Origin: Oikopleura dioica
Lineage: Eukaryota > Animalia > Chordata
Length of the DNA stretch: 64,000 nucleotides
Assembly (NCBI GenBank): GCA_907165135.1
Contig: OU015566.1
Location: 558,001 to 622,000, forward strand
Direction of reading: 5' to 3'
Shown: piece after piece, positions 51,001 through 62,612 of the stretch
Layout: every line of letters starts with the position of its first letter
Numbering within the stretch: the first letter of the stretch is position 1
The notes under the pieces: model-generated
The model's database searches: none
What the model was told of the DNA's origin: nothing
What the model saw: the letters and a program-made list of their open reading frames with translations, nothing else
Made by a program: the position numbers and the translations under genes

Positions 51001-54000
51001 TGATTCACTGATGGGAAACCTACCCGCCATGGATAGCGAGATCGAAGACGAGCTAGATCTGTCCGATGAGGAATCTGAGAACGAGGCTGATGTGACTGTT
51101 ATTCCAGAAACACAGAACTCGGAGAATGGCCTGAATATCAAGAAGGAAAAAACAGAGTCTAAGCCACGTGTTAAAAAACCGAAGCCAACAGCGAAGTCAG
51201 CTCCTACAATGTTGAAGAAAGTGTCAACTCCATCAACGTTGAAAGTAAAGCCGCCGAAATTTGATGAAACCATACCAATCTCTTCCTGGCTTAAAAATCT
51301 CGATATTTACGCCCGCTGCTCCAGATTGAAAGACAACGAGGTAATAACAGTGGCACTTACGACACTTCTGAACGAGTCAGAAGGCAGTCATATCATCGAG
51401 AGCCTGGAAGAAGAGGACCTTAACGATTGGAGAGAATTCAAACTGCGACTAACAGCGATGCTTGGTAAAACCGCCGACTATTACAAAAATGAGTTCAAAA
51501 CCTACAACCGCGGATCCGACAGCTTCGGAATGTGTCTTAGCAAATTGATCAGTCTTTACAAACAGGGATACGGTCTGAAAAATCTTGGAGAAAACGACGA
51601 CTTTTGATCATAGAGCGATTTGCTGAAGCTCAGGATCAGAAAATCCGCGAACTGCTTATGCGAGAGAAATCAGCGTTAACGATTGAGAATATTGCAACAA
51701 GAGCCAATGAGATCGAAAATGCTATCCCAAAACGCGATATCAACTTCAGTATCAAAACTGAAGAAAGAAACGAGATGTTCCGAGAGTTTGTGAACCAAAT
51801 TAAAGAAATGATTCGTGCAAATCGAAGTGATGAGAGAAGAATCACTGAAAAAATCAACCCGTAAAAACTGGAAGGATACTGCATCAACTTCATCAACAAT
51901 CGCAATTGCAGATTTAAAGATGACTGCAAATATCTTCACTCCGAAAATGCGCCTAGAAGAGTTATTGACTACGTTTCTCAACTGAAGAAGACGCAGTTGT
52001 AAAAATGTACTCAAACTCTTCTGTGATCGTATAAATCGATCACAGACAGAAAATGAGTTTATCAAATAAAACGAGAAAAACAAATTCAAAAAAAAAGGAG
52101 AAGAGAAGAGATAAATAAATCGTCGAGTTACCCTATGAGAGGGACAACCAATTTTTTCGAATCGTCATTCTGCAGCCATCTCAAAAGCTGTAAGAAAACC
52201 ATTTCGAAACAATTACGAGCATCCAAAAAGAGCAATCAAAACGATAACTAAGAGGGAGAAGTTATTCCACCGAGAAATTTATACGAAAACTAAAAGAATG
52301 TAAAACGAGACCTTCTCGAGTCCTTACAGCTTAAAAATAGCTGACTGTATGCTGGAAGACCATCACCACCCGAGAGAGAATGAGATCGAGCGAGAACCGT
52401 GCCATGGACCTCGTATAATCCATGTTATCAAATGGCGTGTTAGTTTCAACGCAGAGGGAACCTGCTTATCAAACCCAGCCTTGGCCCGCACAGCTACCCT
52501 GATGGCTACTGGACTTCTGGACCTCTATTTATATGTGACATTTGTGCCCACCGCGCGCACCTGGGCTCGAATCTCTCCATATGATATGTTTAATGACGAA
52601 AGTAGAAGCAAAAATCGCCTGCTTCGCGTACAGCTTAGTTTATCAAAAACAAAATAATCAAATTCAAATATCAAGAGCCAACACAATTTAACGCGGTCTG
52701 TGGAGAACTGATGACAAAAACGATCCGTTGAAAAATGTGTGCAAAAGTCATAAATTTAGAAGGGAAGGATTTGTAGTGCATATTCTATGCAGTATGACTT
52801 TTGCACTATTTAAGAATAGTAAGCGAGCTTGCCCTTGGCGTGCTAAGTGCGCACGTGACTGAGGAGGAGCAAGCGAGCGCAAGTGACGCAGCGCGCAGAA
52901 ACCAAAAATTTCGTTTTCAACGAAATTGCTGAAAAATAACTGCGCTCGTGGAAATCCGCCAATTCCGTCGTTTGCAACGGAATTCTTGGAAAATAACGAA
53001 AATCACGGAAATCAACCAAATTGACGGGATAAGAATATAAACTGTTCACTGTTCACACTTTTTCACTCACTACTCACTACACAACTTCACTAACACTCCC
53101 AGAGATAAATTTGAGTGTCAATAAACAACGAGATAAAAACTTTTGTTTCCTTTTTCTCTGTCACTTGCAAAATAGAAGCAAGCAGTACAGTACCAAAAAC
53201 AAACTAGAGAAAGTTCTTATTTTCATTTGACAGCGCTCTGAAATCACGGCTTATGGTCGATTTTGAGCAATTTTGAGGAAAATCAACGTCCGGTTATTCG
53301 GGTCGGTAGTAACGAAGTACTGATATTTTGGTACTAGTTTTCATGAAATTTTCTGGCGATCTATTTGGTACTAGTTTGGTACCAATACGACGACAAAAAT
53401 TGGTACCGAATTTTAATACCGGAAGATTGGTACCGATATTCAAAAATGCGGTGGGAAATTTTAATTTTTTCTGAGGATCAATTTGCGTCCTTAACCTCCC
53501 CTTGATTTTGTTCCGGTCGAAAGTTATAAGTTCCCAACCTAAAAAAACGCGTCTTAGATAGTCAGTAGCGGGAGATCAAATTATCTTCAGATTTAGGAAT
53601 TAAATCAACAATCTATTAAGCACGCGACGGGCCAGAGTCCCTTACGCGCGCATCTTCTGGTCCAGAACTCATTAGATTTCCGGTACCGAATTCTTGTTCT
53701 TGTTCCGAACACTTTGTTTGGTCATGATTTGTCAGAAGAGACCCGGTTTGTACCAGACCGGGCGGCGCTATTCAGTACCCCCCAAAAATGGGTTTCTCTC
53801 TTAGATCAAAATTCTCTGTATAAATTTTATTTTTTTGAAGACAAGATTTTCGGATATGTTTCGAAATTGAACTCTCGATAACAACTAAACAGACTTCACA
53901 GACAAGTCGAAATGGTATTTTTCGAGTTTATATTCATTATTTTAAAAGAGACCTTTCGAATACTTTTTTAGGGATTTGATAGCTCCAAGTTTGATTGGAC

Positions 54001-54429
54001 TGGAAAATGGGGCCTTGTTTATGGCTGGTGGATACGATCTGACTTTAATCGCAATCTCTAATGATATATGGATACTAAAAGATGAAGTTTGGACTCTCTC
54101 TTCATCTGCCTTGAAAAATGTAAAAATATTCTCCATCTATTCTTCATTATTTATATTTGTCTATTCTACATTTTTATATTTGTATTAAGCGAATGCGTTT
54201 CGGCTCAGCACTGAAAATTGGCAATTTCATATATCTCGCATATGGAGATGACGAAACAAATCTAATTTCAGTCGAAAGACTCGTGGTTATAAACGATGAA
54301 GTATTTTTGGATAGAATCATCGGAAGTCAAGCAACAAGCACAACTGATTTTCCATTCTACCCAATTATGTTTGAAGTTACTACTGACAATTATTTTTGCG
54401 ATCAGCAAAATTTACCTCCAATATCCTGA
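48053..54429 (+). CDS. ZP-domain plus Kelch beta-propeller gene; 5' end degenerate or unidentified; large TE-filled intron 49732-53971
   Basis: CSCPDCWVL|DSSNKTC..GCGAVSS..FSNTL..FSCKF (ZP-N); NCSVSDD..CPI..YKSFIFP..CDV (ZP-C); then LYIFGG, LFMAGGY and C-terminal YPIMFEVTTDNYFC. The phase-2 junction PR|DLIAP spans the TE intron. Confidence 0.75.
50120..50418 (+). repeat. 5' LTR (299 bp)
   Basis: Direct repeat of 52772-53189, lacking about 119 bp. Confidence 0.93.
50670..52002 (+). pseudogene. Disrupted gag-like ORF with a C-terminal CCCH zinc finger
   Basis: Frames join through two single-T losses (about 50812 and about 51604) and one in-frame TAA (51862). Includes PPKFDE..SWLKNLDIY..(capsid-like helical region) and CINFINNRNCRFKDDCKYLH (C-x8-C-x5-C-x3-H). 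Confidence 0.75.
52772..53189 (+). repeat. 3' LTR (418 bp)
   Basis: tgtagtgcatattctatgcag ... gaagcaagcagtaca. Confidence 0.93.
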
Positions 54430-54639
54430 GCACAACTTCCCATATTTTCTTTTATAGTCCAAAATAAACAAATACTTCGCCTTATTTATCTTCATTTATA
54501 CCTATATGGTATCTTATCGTTTTCAAGCCGATGTTCGGATTTATCTTGATAATTGCAGACCTCTTTTTGTTATGAGGCATGCACTATTTGGCATGGTTCC
54601 TTTATATACAGTTAACAATGGAATTTTTGGACATTTTTT

Positions 54640-55000
54640 GTCCCAAGATTTTCGCAAAAATGTCCAAAAATTTGATGCATGCTGTCAAAAAAATGACCCA
54701 TCCAAATCGCTTAAAAAATTTTTTTTGAGGAAAATCTCCATCATCCTCTGTTTCATGCTTCTTCTAAAGACAAAAAATTTTCGAGGGGTATGAGATCAAC
54801 CTTAAATCTCATCATTATCAAAGAAAAAGTAAGATTTTCGATATGAAAAAACGCCATATCTGACAAAAACGGAAAATTAAAAATTTTGGCGCAGAAAATG
54901 TCCAAAAATTTGATTCAGGCACTTTTGAAAAGTGTCCCAGAAAAACCCTTAAAATTGCAAAAATGTCCAAAAATTTGATGTCCAAAAATTCCATAAAAAA
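54640..55000. repeat. Dispersed aaaatgtccaaaaatttgat repeats (repeat-element interior)
   Basis: The motif occurs at about 54657, 54896 and 54960 (twice). Confidence 0.55.
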
Positions 55001-55885
55001 CTGTAATAACTCTCTCTTTCTCGCAAGAACATTTTTTTGGAAAGTTTCAAACAGCCCTATTTTGGCTACTTAGTGTGCCTCAAATTTCAATTCATCATTT
55101 TATTTTGTTTGGAGCACTTTTATTCAGTGTGAATATATTAAATTTATTGCAGAGTTTTTTACGACATGAGCCATCTAAAATAACGATCTAAAATATTTCG
55201 GCGATATATTTCAAAATTGAATTTTGCGTAAGATTGAAAAGGAAAACATGATACAGAAGCATGAAAAAGCAAAAAAAATATGATAATTGAATTTTGATCA
55301 TTTTACGTTTAGAACCTTTTAAACATTTTTGTTTTATAATGGTTTTGCAACCTATGCAAATAAGTGAACACAAGGGAAATATACGGACAACTGAGCGAAG
55401 TTGGCTGTGTATAAAAAATATTAAAGTTTTTGAGCTTTTATTTATCTTATCTCAATAGGCGTAAAAAAAAGAATGGTTGGTAGGGTTAACAGTGACTCTT
55501 TATATAGATTTTAGGTTCCATGTAATCTTCTAGTTGACAGGTAGAGAAGAGTATTATGCCGGTGGCGGAACGTAGTTGGTTGGTGACGGAGCGTGTCATA
55601 AAACCTGAGTTAGGGCATTTTTATTAAATAATCTTAAATAATCTAAAAATATTCTTTCAAATTTTATGACAAATTAAAGTTTTAAACGTTTTTCTCAAGC
55701 AAAATTGACAAAAACGAATAAATTAAAAAATGGGTTAAAATGTTGAGGGTGTTCTTGGGTTAAGCGAGGGCCGCTTTGATAAACATGATCAGTACCCCCC
55801 AGGCTATCACCCAAAAAATTTGAGCGTGTGCGGCAGTCGTCACGTGACAGCGCCTGACCCTAATGTATACCATTACTAGGGATTC

Positions 55886-58800
55886 TCACGGGAAAACTGC
55901 GCGCCGATTTACGGAGAAAATAAAAGTTGAAATGGATAAGTCACTAACCGGGCATACACTCGAGGCTCGACCCCCGCAGTCTGTATCGTTAACGTCACAG
56001 AATCGCACCTTGAAAATAATATTTTTAATATTTGAATTTCTAATGTGCTCTAAAAAATTCATGCTTATTTGCATTATTAATTTTAGTGTTGAAAATGATT
56101 GAAGCAATTTTAAAGCAAAAAGATTTCTTGAATTAATTGACTGACATTTTCTGATTTTTTAATCAACACAGCTCGTACCGCTTTTTCAAAAATCTGAAGT
56201 TCTTATACTCATTCAGAACTTTATTTATAAATTTCGTGTAATTATATTTGCACTGTTTTCAAGTGAGCAAGAAAGAACAGAAAAACTTTGAGTTTTTAGA
56301 AAAAAAAAATTTGGTTACAAAATATTAGAAGAAAAAGGGGAAGAATTCAACGACAAAAGGGGAGATTTGAAAGAGCGGCAAAAGTTCGGTTGGCATGGTC
56401 CCAATAAAATACTTACATCACAAGAAATTGTCATACTGGCGGAATCAGAGCTTTCTGGGAAGAGGAAACTTTTGTAATTGAAGAACACAGACGTCTCATT
56501 TGAATCTCCCCACTTAAAGTTCAGGATGCTACCAACGGGGCAATGGTTTTCAAGCAAGGCAACACTGGAATTTGCAATGGCATCATCGGAAATAGAGCAA
56601 TTTTGGACGACAAATTTTGTGTCAGGGATCATATCTGGAGCGCTGATCTGACGAGTGTTTTTTAATTTGTACATGAAAGCTACATTTTACATGTAGAAGT
56701 TATTTCACCAATATAAATTTCGGACTACAGTGGTATGACCGCACCCCTACGATTTTTAAAAATTACACAGTAAATTTCAAAAACTCTATTTATTGTATTT
56801 TTCCCTAATAGAAAATGGCGTGAAAATTTAATTACTGGAAACAGAAATCGAATATCATATCTGAATCAAAAGATATGAATTTTGAAAGGCGAAAAATAGG
56901 GGTGCGGAAACCGCTCATACCACTGTAGGGAAAAACAAAAAAGCGGTGAAACCTGATTTGATGGAAAAAATCCGAATTTACGGGTGAATAAGAAAGGTTG
57001 AAATAACTCATCAGAAAAAAATATGGTCAGGAAAAATTTGCGAAAAATGGTTATTTTTAAGAATTTAAAAGAATCTCGGGTCGAAGATGAACAAGTGGAT
57101 CCTTTTTCTTATACAACAATCATTTTATAAATAAGATTTCATCTGAAAGAATTTGACCAAGAAAATTTGAGATATGAATTTAAATTAAACAACACTGGTC
57201 TGAGCATACAAAGTATTTCCAACAGCAGTTTGATGATTTGAGTAATTAACAGGCTTCGAATATTCCCCTGACTCATAAAAGTTCAAATACACATCAAAGT
57301 CGAGAACATCGTTATTGTCAATTCCTGCATTAAAAGAAACTGACGAAACTTCATTGTTTGAATTATAGTTGCCTATTGAAGAGGCGTGACTGTTGAATTT
57401 ACAACTGAAATCGACGGCAGCGCCTCGGCCAACAACAACGCTATTTATAATACTTCTTCCAATGTTAAGAGTATTTGAAAACGTGAAAATTTCGTTTTCA
57501 AGGGACTGGGTTGCGCCACATCCGCCAACAGATGAGCTCACAATTTTCCAACTCGTTTCGTTTCCGTCAAAAGCAGTGCAATGAGGGTCATTGAGATGGA
57601 TGTCCATAGCATTTACGCCGGGTGTAACACACTTGTCGATTAAAATAGAAGTGCCTGTCGGTGTACACGTGATTTCCGCTTTTCCACCCTCGATGATACA
57701 TGTTCTATTTGAGGAATCTTCAAACATTATAATTTGAGGCGAAAAAGAATAATATTACCAAGAGTCCAACAGGCTGGACATGAACAAACGCCGTCGCCAC
57801 TGCAATAATGAGAGCATCCTCCATTTAAACCATTATAACAGCTTCCTAAAATCTCTGATATAAATACAAGGAGTCTTTAGAAATTGATTTTTTTAAATTA
57901 TTCACGGGAAGTCATAATCAGACGAGTCTGACTGCATTTTTAATTTTAAAACTCTACTTAGCTTATTTAAAAAATAATTAATATCCGTTAAATTAATTTT
58001 GATAAAGAGGTAATAAAAATAAATAAATAGCTGATAACCATCGCAGGTGAACGATCCCAGAGAATTCTTGCACGTCTCGGTTTGATCATCGCAAGTGTGT
58101 AAGCCATCGACACACTCGTTTACGTCCACACAAACGTTATTTTCATCATGAGCGTAACCAACGGAGCAATCGCAGTTGAAGGATCCAGGAATATTTACGC
58201 AAGTTTCGCTTGATTCGTCACAATTATGCGTGTCATTAGAGCACTCATCGATATCCGTACAAACGTCGCTTTCGTTCCGGAAATAGCCAGAAGAACATTC
58301 GCATGTATAAAGTCCAATCTCGTTCAGGCAATTTTCTGTTGTTTCACTACAATTATGAGTCCCGATCGCGCATTCATTAATGTCCACACATAAGTCATTT
58401 TCATTTTTTTCGTAACGGACAGAGCAATCACAAGTAAATGAGCCTTGAGTATTTGAGCAAGTTTCGCTCGGAACAGCACAGTCGTGGGTTTCATTAATGC
58501 ATTCATTCATATCCTTGCAAGTTCCGTCATTGTCAAAATCGAAGCCTTTAGAGCATTCACAAACGAAGGAACCATCAATATTTACGCATGTTTCTGATAT
58601 TTGTTCGCAATTGTGTGCCTCAGTAGAGCATTCATCAATATCCTCACAAATTTTTTGATTATTAAAAGCATAACCAACACTGCAGTGACAACTAAACGAG
58701 CCTTCATGGTTTTCGCAATCTTCATTGACATCACATGGGGACGAGGCGCATTCGTCTATGTCTTGACAATTGCCGGCTGTACCAGAAAAGCCTTCTTGAC

Positions 58801-61800
58801 AACTGCAACTAAATGATCCAAAACTGTTTGTACAATTTTCCTTTGTTGAATCACATAGATGCGTTCCAAGCGCGCATTCATTTTCGTCTAAACATGTGAT
58901 CCCATATTTGTAGAATCCTTCCTTGCAATTGCATTCATAGCTTCCAACAGTATTTGCACATTTTTCTGTTGAAGCGCTACAAGTGTGCGCGCCATTTTCA
59001 CATTCATTTATGTGGGGGATCTTCACCAATTGGCAATTAGTTCCAGCACTTAAAGCAGTCATACAAATCGGATGATATTCTTGCTTTGATTGTTCTGGCG
59101 TTGGGGACCATGTACAGGTTATCCATCGAGTTTTTGTTCCAGTTTTTGAAGTACAACTCATTCCTTTTGGTCCAGATAGATTATATCCATTTGAAGACAG
59201 GATTGGTAGAGTTGGCAGATTGGTTGAAACTATTCTCCATTTTTTTTCGATTTCTAATCCTTCTGTGTATCCAGTTGTTTCGACAACTCCATGCTCAGGA
59301 TAAATTGAGCCTGAGGTACTGTGATAATACATGTGGCAAGCATCAAATGCAATATCCATAGAAACTCTGTACGCTGTGAACTGAAGAGGCACTGAATGCC
59401 TTAAAACATTTACTAAAATAGAAACGCTCTTGATTTGCCTTACAGAATATTTCCATTCTCATCAAAATCTTCTATTTGAATTGATATCGGGATTTTGCTG
59501 GTCAACCGAGAACTATAATCATAAGCTCGTCTGTAAGAAATAATACAATTTTCTTCGTCGAGTTCAAATGCAGGATATCTTGACGAAGTGAAGTAGAAAT
59601 CAACTCCAACTTCATCTTTTGAGGACCAACGACATTTAATTAAATTTCCTTCCGGGTCAAAAGCCGCAATCCTGAAAGTTTGGACTTCTGGGCACTCGTT
59701 AAAAGAATTGCAACTCCCAAAAGCACCTCCCGAACATGTGTTCTTGTAGATGTACCAAACTGGTGGTGGAACAAATTGCGGTGAGCTGTTATGAGCATTT
59801 TCGACGACGGCTTGATAATGAAACTGTCGAACAAGAGTCCAGCATCCGCCATTATTTAAAAGAACGCATTTAAAGATCCCCAAAGATTTAAAAAATCCGA
59901 AATTTTGACCTCGTATTCGGATTGCTCATGCCAAAAAACTCTTTTTTTACTAGCTCAAAAAAAAAGTAGATAAAAGTCAAAGTTGGCGAAACCGTATGGG
60001 ACTTTTTTAGATTTGACCTTAAACTAGAGTTGAAAATTTTTTCAGAAAAAATGATTAAGGGATTCTGCCTATAGAGAAGTCAGCTTAAAGTCATGTTCGT
60101 GAAAATTACCATTTTGCGTCATTTTTGAACGCGATTTTTTTAATGAAAATATTTTTATTTTTTAAAACTAAGATGATAAAAACTTCCATCGCTGTTCTAG
60201 GGTTGAATTGAAGAGATTAAATTTTTTTGCAAAAATTGCTTATTTAATAACTTCAATCGAAAATTGGGTTTCAAATTGTCAAAAAAAATGAAATTTTAAA
60301 TTGCACTTACTCGAAATACGGTTAGATAAGTGAGTCACTGTAATGAATAAAAATACTCAGCGAGTCGTAAGCTTTCTAAAAATATTAAAATACCGCGATT
60401 GGCATTCCTGACTGACTGATTTTCCAGTCAGTCTAATTCACGTTTCAAATCTCCATGCTGAAGACAAAGAGAATTTGTAACGTGCGCTGATTGGACGAGT
60501 GGTTTGACTGGATTTTCATATAGAGGAGACCAGAGTCAAATTGCATATGTGAGACTTTAAAAATTTAATTTCACGAATTTCCATTGAAATGCCAATTTTC
60601 AATCCCGTTTTTCACCAATTTTTGTTGACATTGAGAAAAAAAAGCTAGAGACCTTTTTTGATGCTCTTGATGTGGGCTTTCTAAAAATGGAAAGAAAATT
60701 TTAAAACTCGAATTTTCGCCAAACCGCCCCATACCTCCTTAATAATAACTTTTTGATGCCATTTTGGCCCTTTTTTGACCTCAAATCGCTCTCTTGCGCC
60801 GAAATATGGCTTTAAATTGTAGTGCGGTTATCATATTCTTGTTTGGTGCATTCTAAGTTTTCAATAGACCCCTTATTTGTCCACTTTTGATGGCATTGAA
60901 AAGTCGAAAAAATTTGAGATTTTTACGCTAAGTACAATGTACATGCATTTTTGCGGTGTTCAAGTGCCAAAATTTCGGGCAGCCTTGATTGTAATGGGGT
61001 ACCATTATCTATCAAAATGATCCTCAGAAAACGAGGAATCTAAATATGGCATAAAGAAACCCGTTATAAAGATTAAAAAAAACAAGAAAATTTAAACGGC
61101 GTAAACGGCTAAATAAAGGATAAAATTGTTCTACCGAAAGACAAAGAGAAATTTCGCATAATCTCGGGATCCTTGGATAAAACTCTAAATTCCGCCGTTT
61201 TTGGTGCAATTATGGGCCTGAAAGCGGCGATAATTTTAGTTCTTTTTGTATTTTCGACCGATTTTTGTCACCACCGCACACCTATTTGGACGAGCACTTA
61301 TCAGATTTATTCATGAAGAAATTTTACCTCTTCTTCAATTATTCTTTAAAATATGAGGGACTTGGACAAAATTTCACATGAATGCGATGAGACGACGTAT
61401 CCATGCGATGGGGAAAAATAACAATTTTAGACGCGAATATGGGCATAAATTATGCCGCATAATTAATGCCGTTTGTAAATGGCGGATTGTTGAACTCTGG
61501 TTCCAGTGAGCTCATTCCCACGTAAATCAAAAAAGTCATTCAAAGACTCAGCCGTCGATTCTGTTGTTATTCGAACAACATCCGATACATCAAGTTGATA
61601 TGTATAGCTTCCGAAGCAGTTTTCCACTAAATAGTACGTTAACAATTATGATGGACATCCATTTTTTATATTCCGAACCATAAATTCGACTAAAATATCT
61701 TTCAATCGGATTTAAAATTTTGGATTTTGGGGTTATATTTTCAAAAACTTTTTTCAACTCTCGATTTCAAATAGCGGATAGCGGGCATGCCAAGACAATA

Positions 61801-62612
61801 TTTATATCTCTGTTTTTCATGTTATATCTATTGCTGTTAAGGCTTTCAAAAATGTATCTTCTTCCTGCCACGTGAGCTACACGAAAATCGAAAAAATGAA
61901 TTCAAAAACTCGACCAAAACCAAACCGTGGTGGGGGTCCTTAGACATGGTTGTAGAGAGGAAGGCGATTTAGGGGAAATAAGATATGATGCGTAGGTTTT
62001 GAAACCTGTGTAGAAAATCTGAGTCACGGTCTATAAAAAGTCGCATATTGTCAATCTATTTATATATTCGCGGCTTAAATTTAAAAATTAAATTAAAGAC
62101 TTTAAGGACTTTGACTCAGGTTTTCCACGCAGCTCGGCATCCTGAGTCAGGTTCGGAAGAGGCTCTTCCGAAGAGGTAAAATGAAAGGTCACTCGGCCAA
62201 TCTTTTTATCCTTTGTTTTAGCTCCAAGTAGTAGTATGAAGAAAATAATGTTAGAAATGTTATTTTATATAATTAATTAATAGATTAATTACTTACATCT
62301 CCATATTTGAGGATTTGTACCGCCACCAGTTTGACGTGATGTAGCGTAATAATGTCTGTTAAAGTTTTTAATGAGAACTTTATCTCCTGCTTCTGAATAG
62401 CCAACCACGTGGTCATATTTTTGATCCTGGTATTCGATCAAAAGTTGATTCACTATATTACTATTCGTGCACTCATCGTGCAGCTTATAACCATGGTAGC
62501 GAATCACTAGTAATTTATTCGGATCATCTGTTGTTCGATATTGAAGACTGTTCGCTCGGAAATGATCGGCGTTTATAGCCCCAAAAAAGGACAAAAAAAT
62601 GAAGTATCTTTT
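55886..62612 (-). CDS. Secreted mosaic protein: signal peptide + HFR-type N-terminal and cadherin-like domain + about 9 calcium-binding EGF repeats + EGF + ZP domain
   Basis: MKRYFIFLSFFGAINA-DHFRANSLQY; NSSPQFVPPP..AFDPEGNLIKCRW..IQIEDFD..SSVPLQF; repeated DINEC..HNC..C.NT.GSF.C.C; SCYNGLNGGC exon; ZP-N and ZP-C exons (57185-57727, 56315-56674); last exon VRFCDVNDTDC. Exon joining is partly inferred. Confidence 0.8.
56728..56925. mobile_element. Tc1/mariner-type MITE (198 bp, TA TSD) in a ZP gene intron
   Basis: ta|cagtggtatga..gcacccct ... aggggtgc..tcataccactg|ta. Confidence 0.85.

Larger units (their letters stand above)
50120..53189 (+). mobile_element. Non-autonomous LTR retroelement (3070 bp, TG..CA, 4-bp TSD GTAC, gag-only)
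   Basis: gtac|TGTAGTG ... GCAGTACA|gtac; LTRs 50120-50418 and 52772-53189; TGG-initiated PBS-like tggtgac right after the 5' LTR; purine tract agaagggaagga right before the 3' LTR; no protease, RT or integrase motifs seen. Confidence 0.93.
49747..53776. mobile_element. Inverted-repeat (foldback/MITE-like) element interrupted by an LTR element
   Basis: Outer actgaatagcgccgcc (49747) / ggcggcgctattcagt (53761). The arm of about 220 bp at 49900-50119 is the reverse complement of about 53330-53560. Confidence 0.7.

Noticed and set aside
51009-51013. TGATG stop/start overlap suggesting coupled translation, or programmed frameshifting in gag
   Set aside because: The downstream frame is already open from about 50812, and no canonical slippery heptamer is present. 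A simple deletion explains it.
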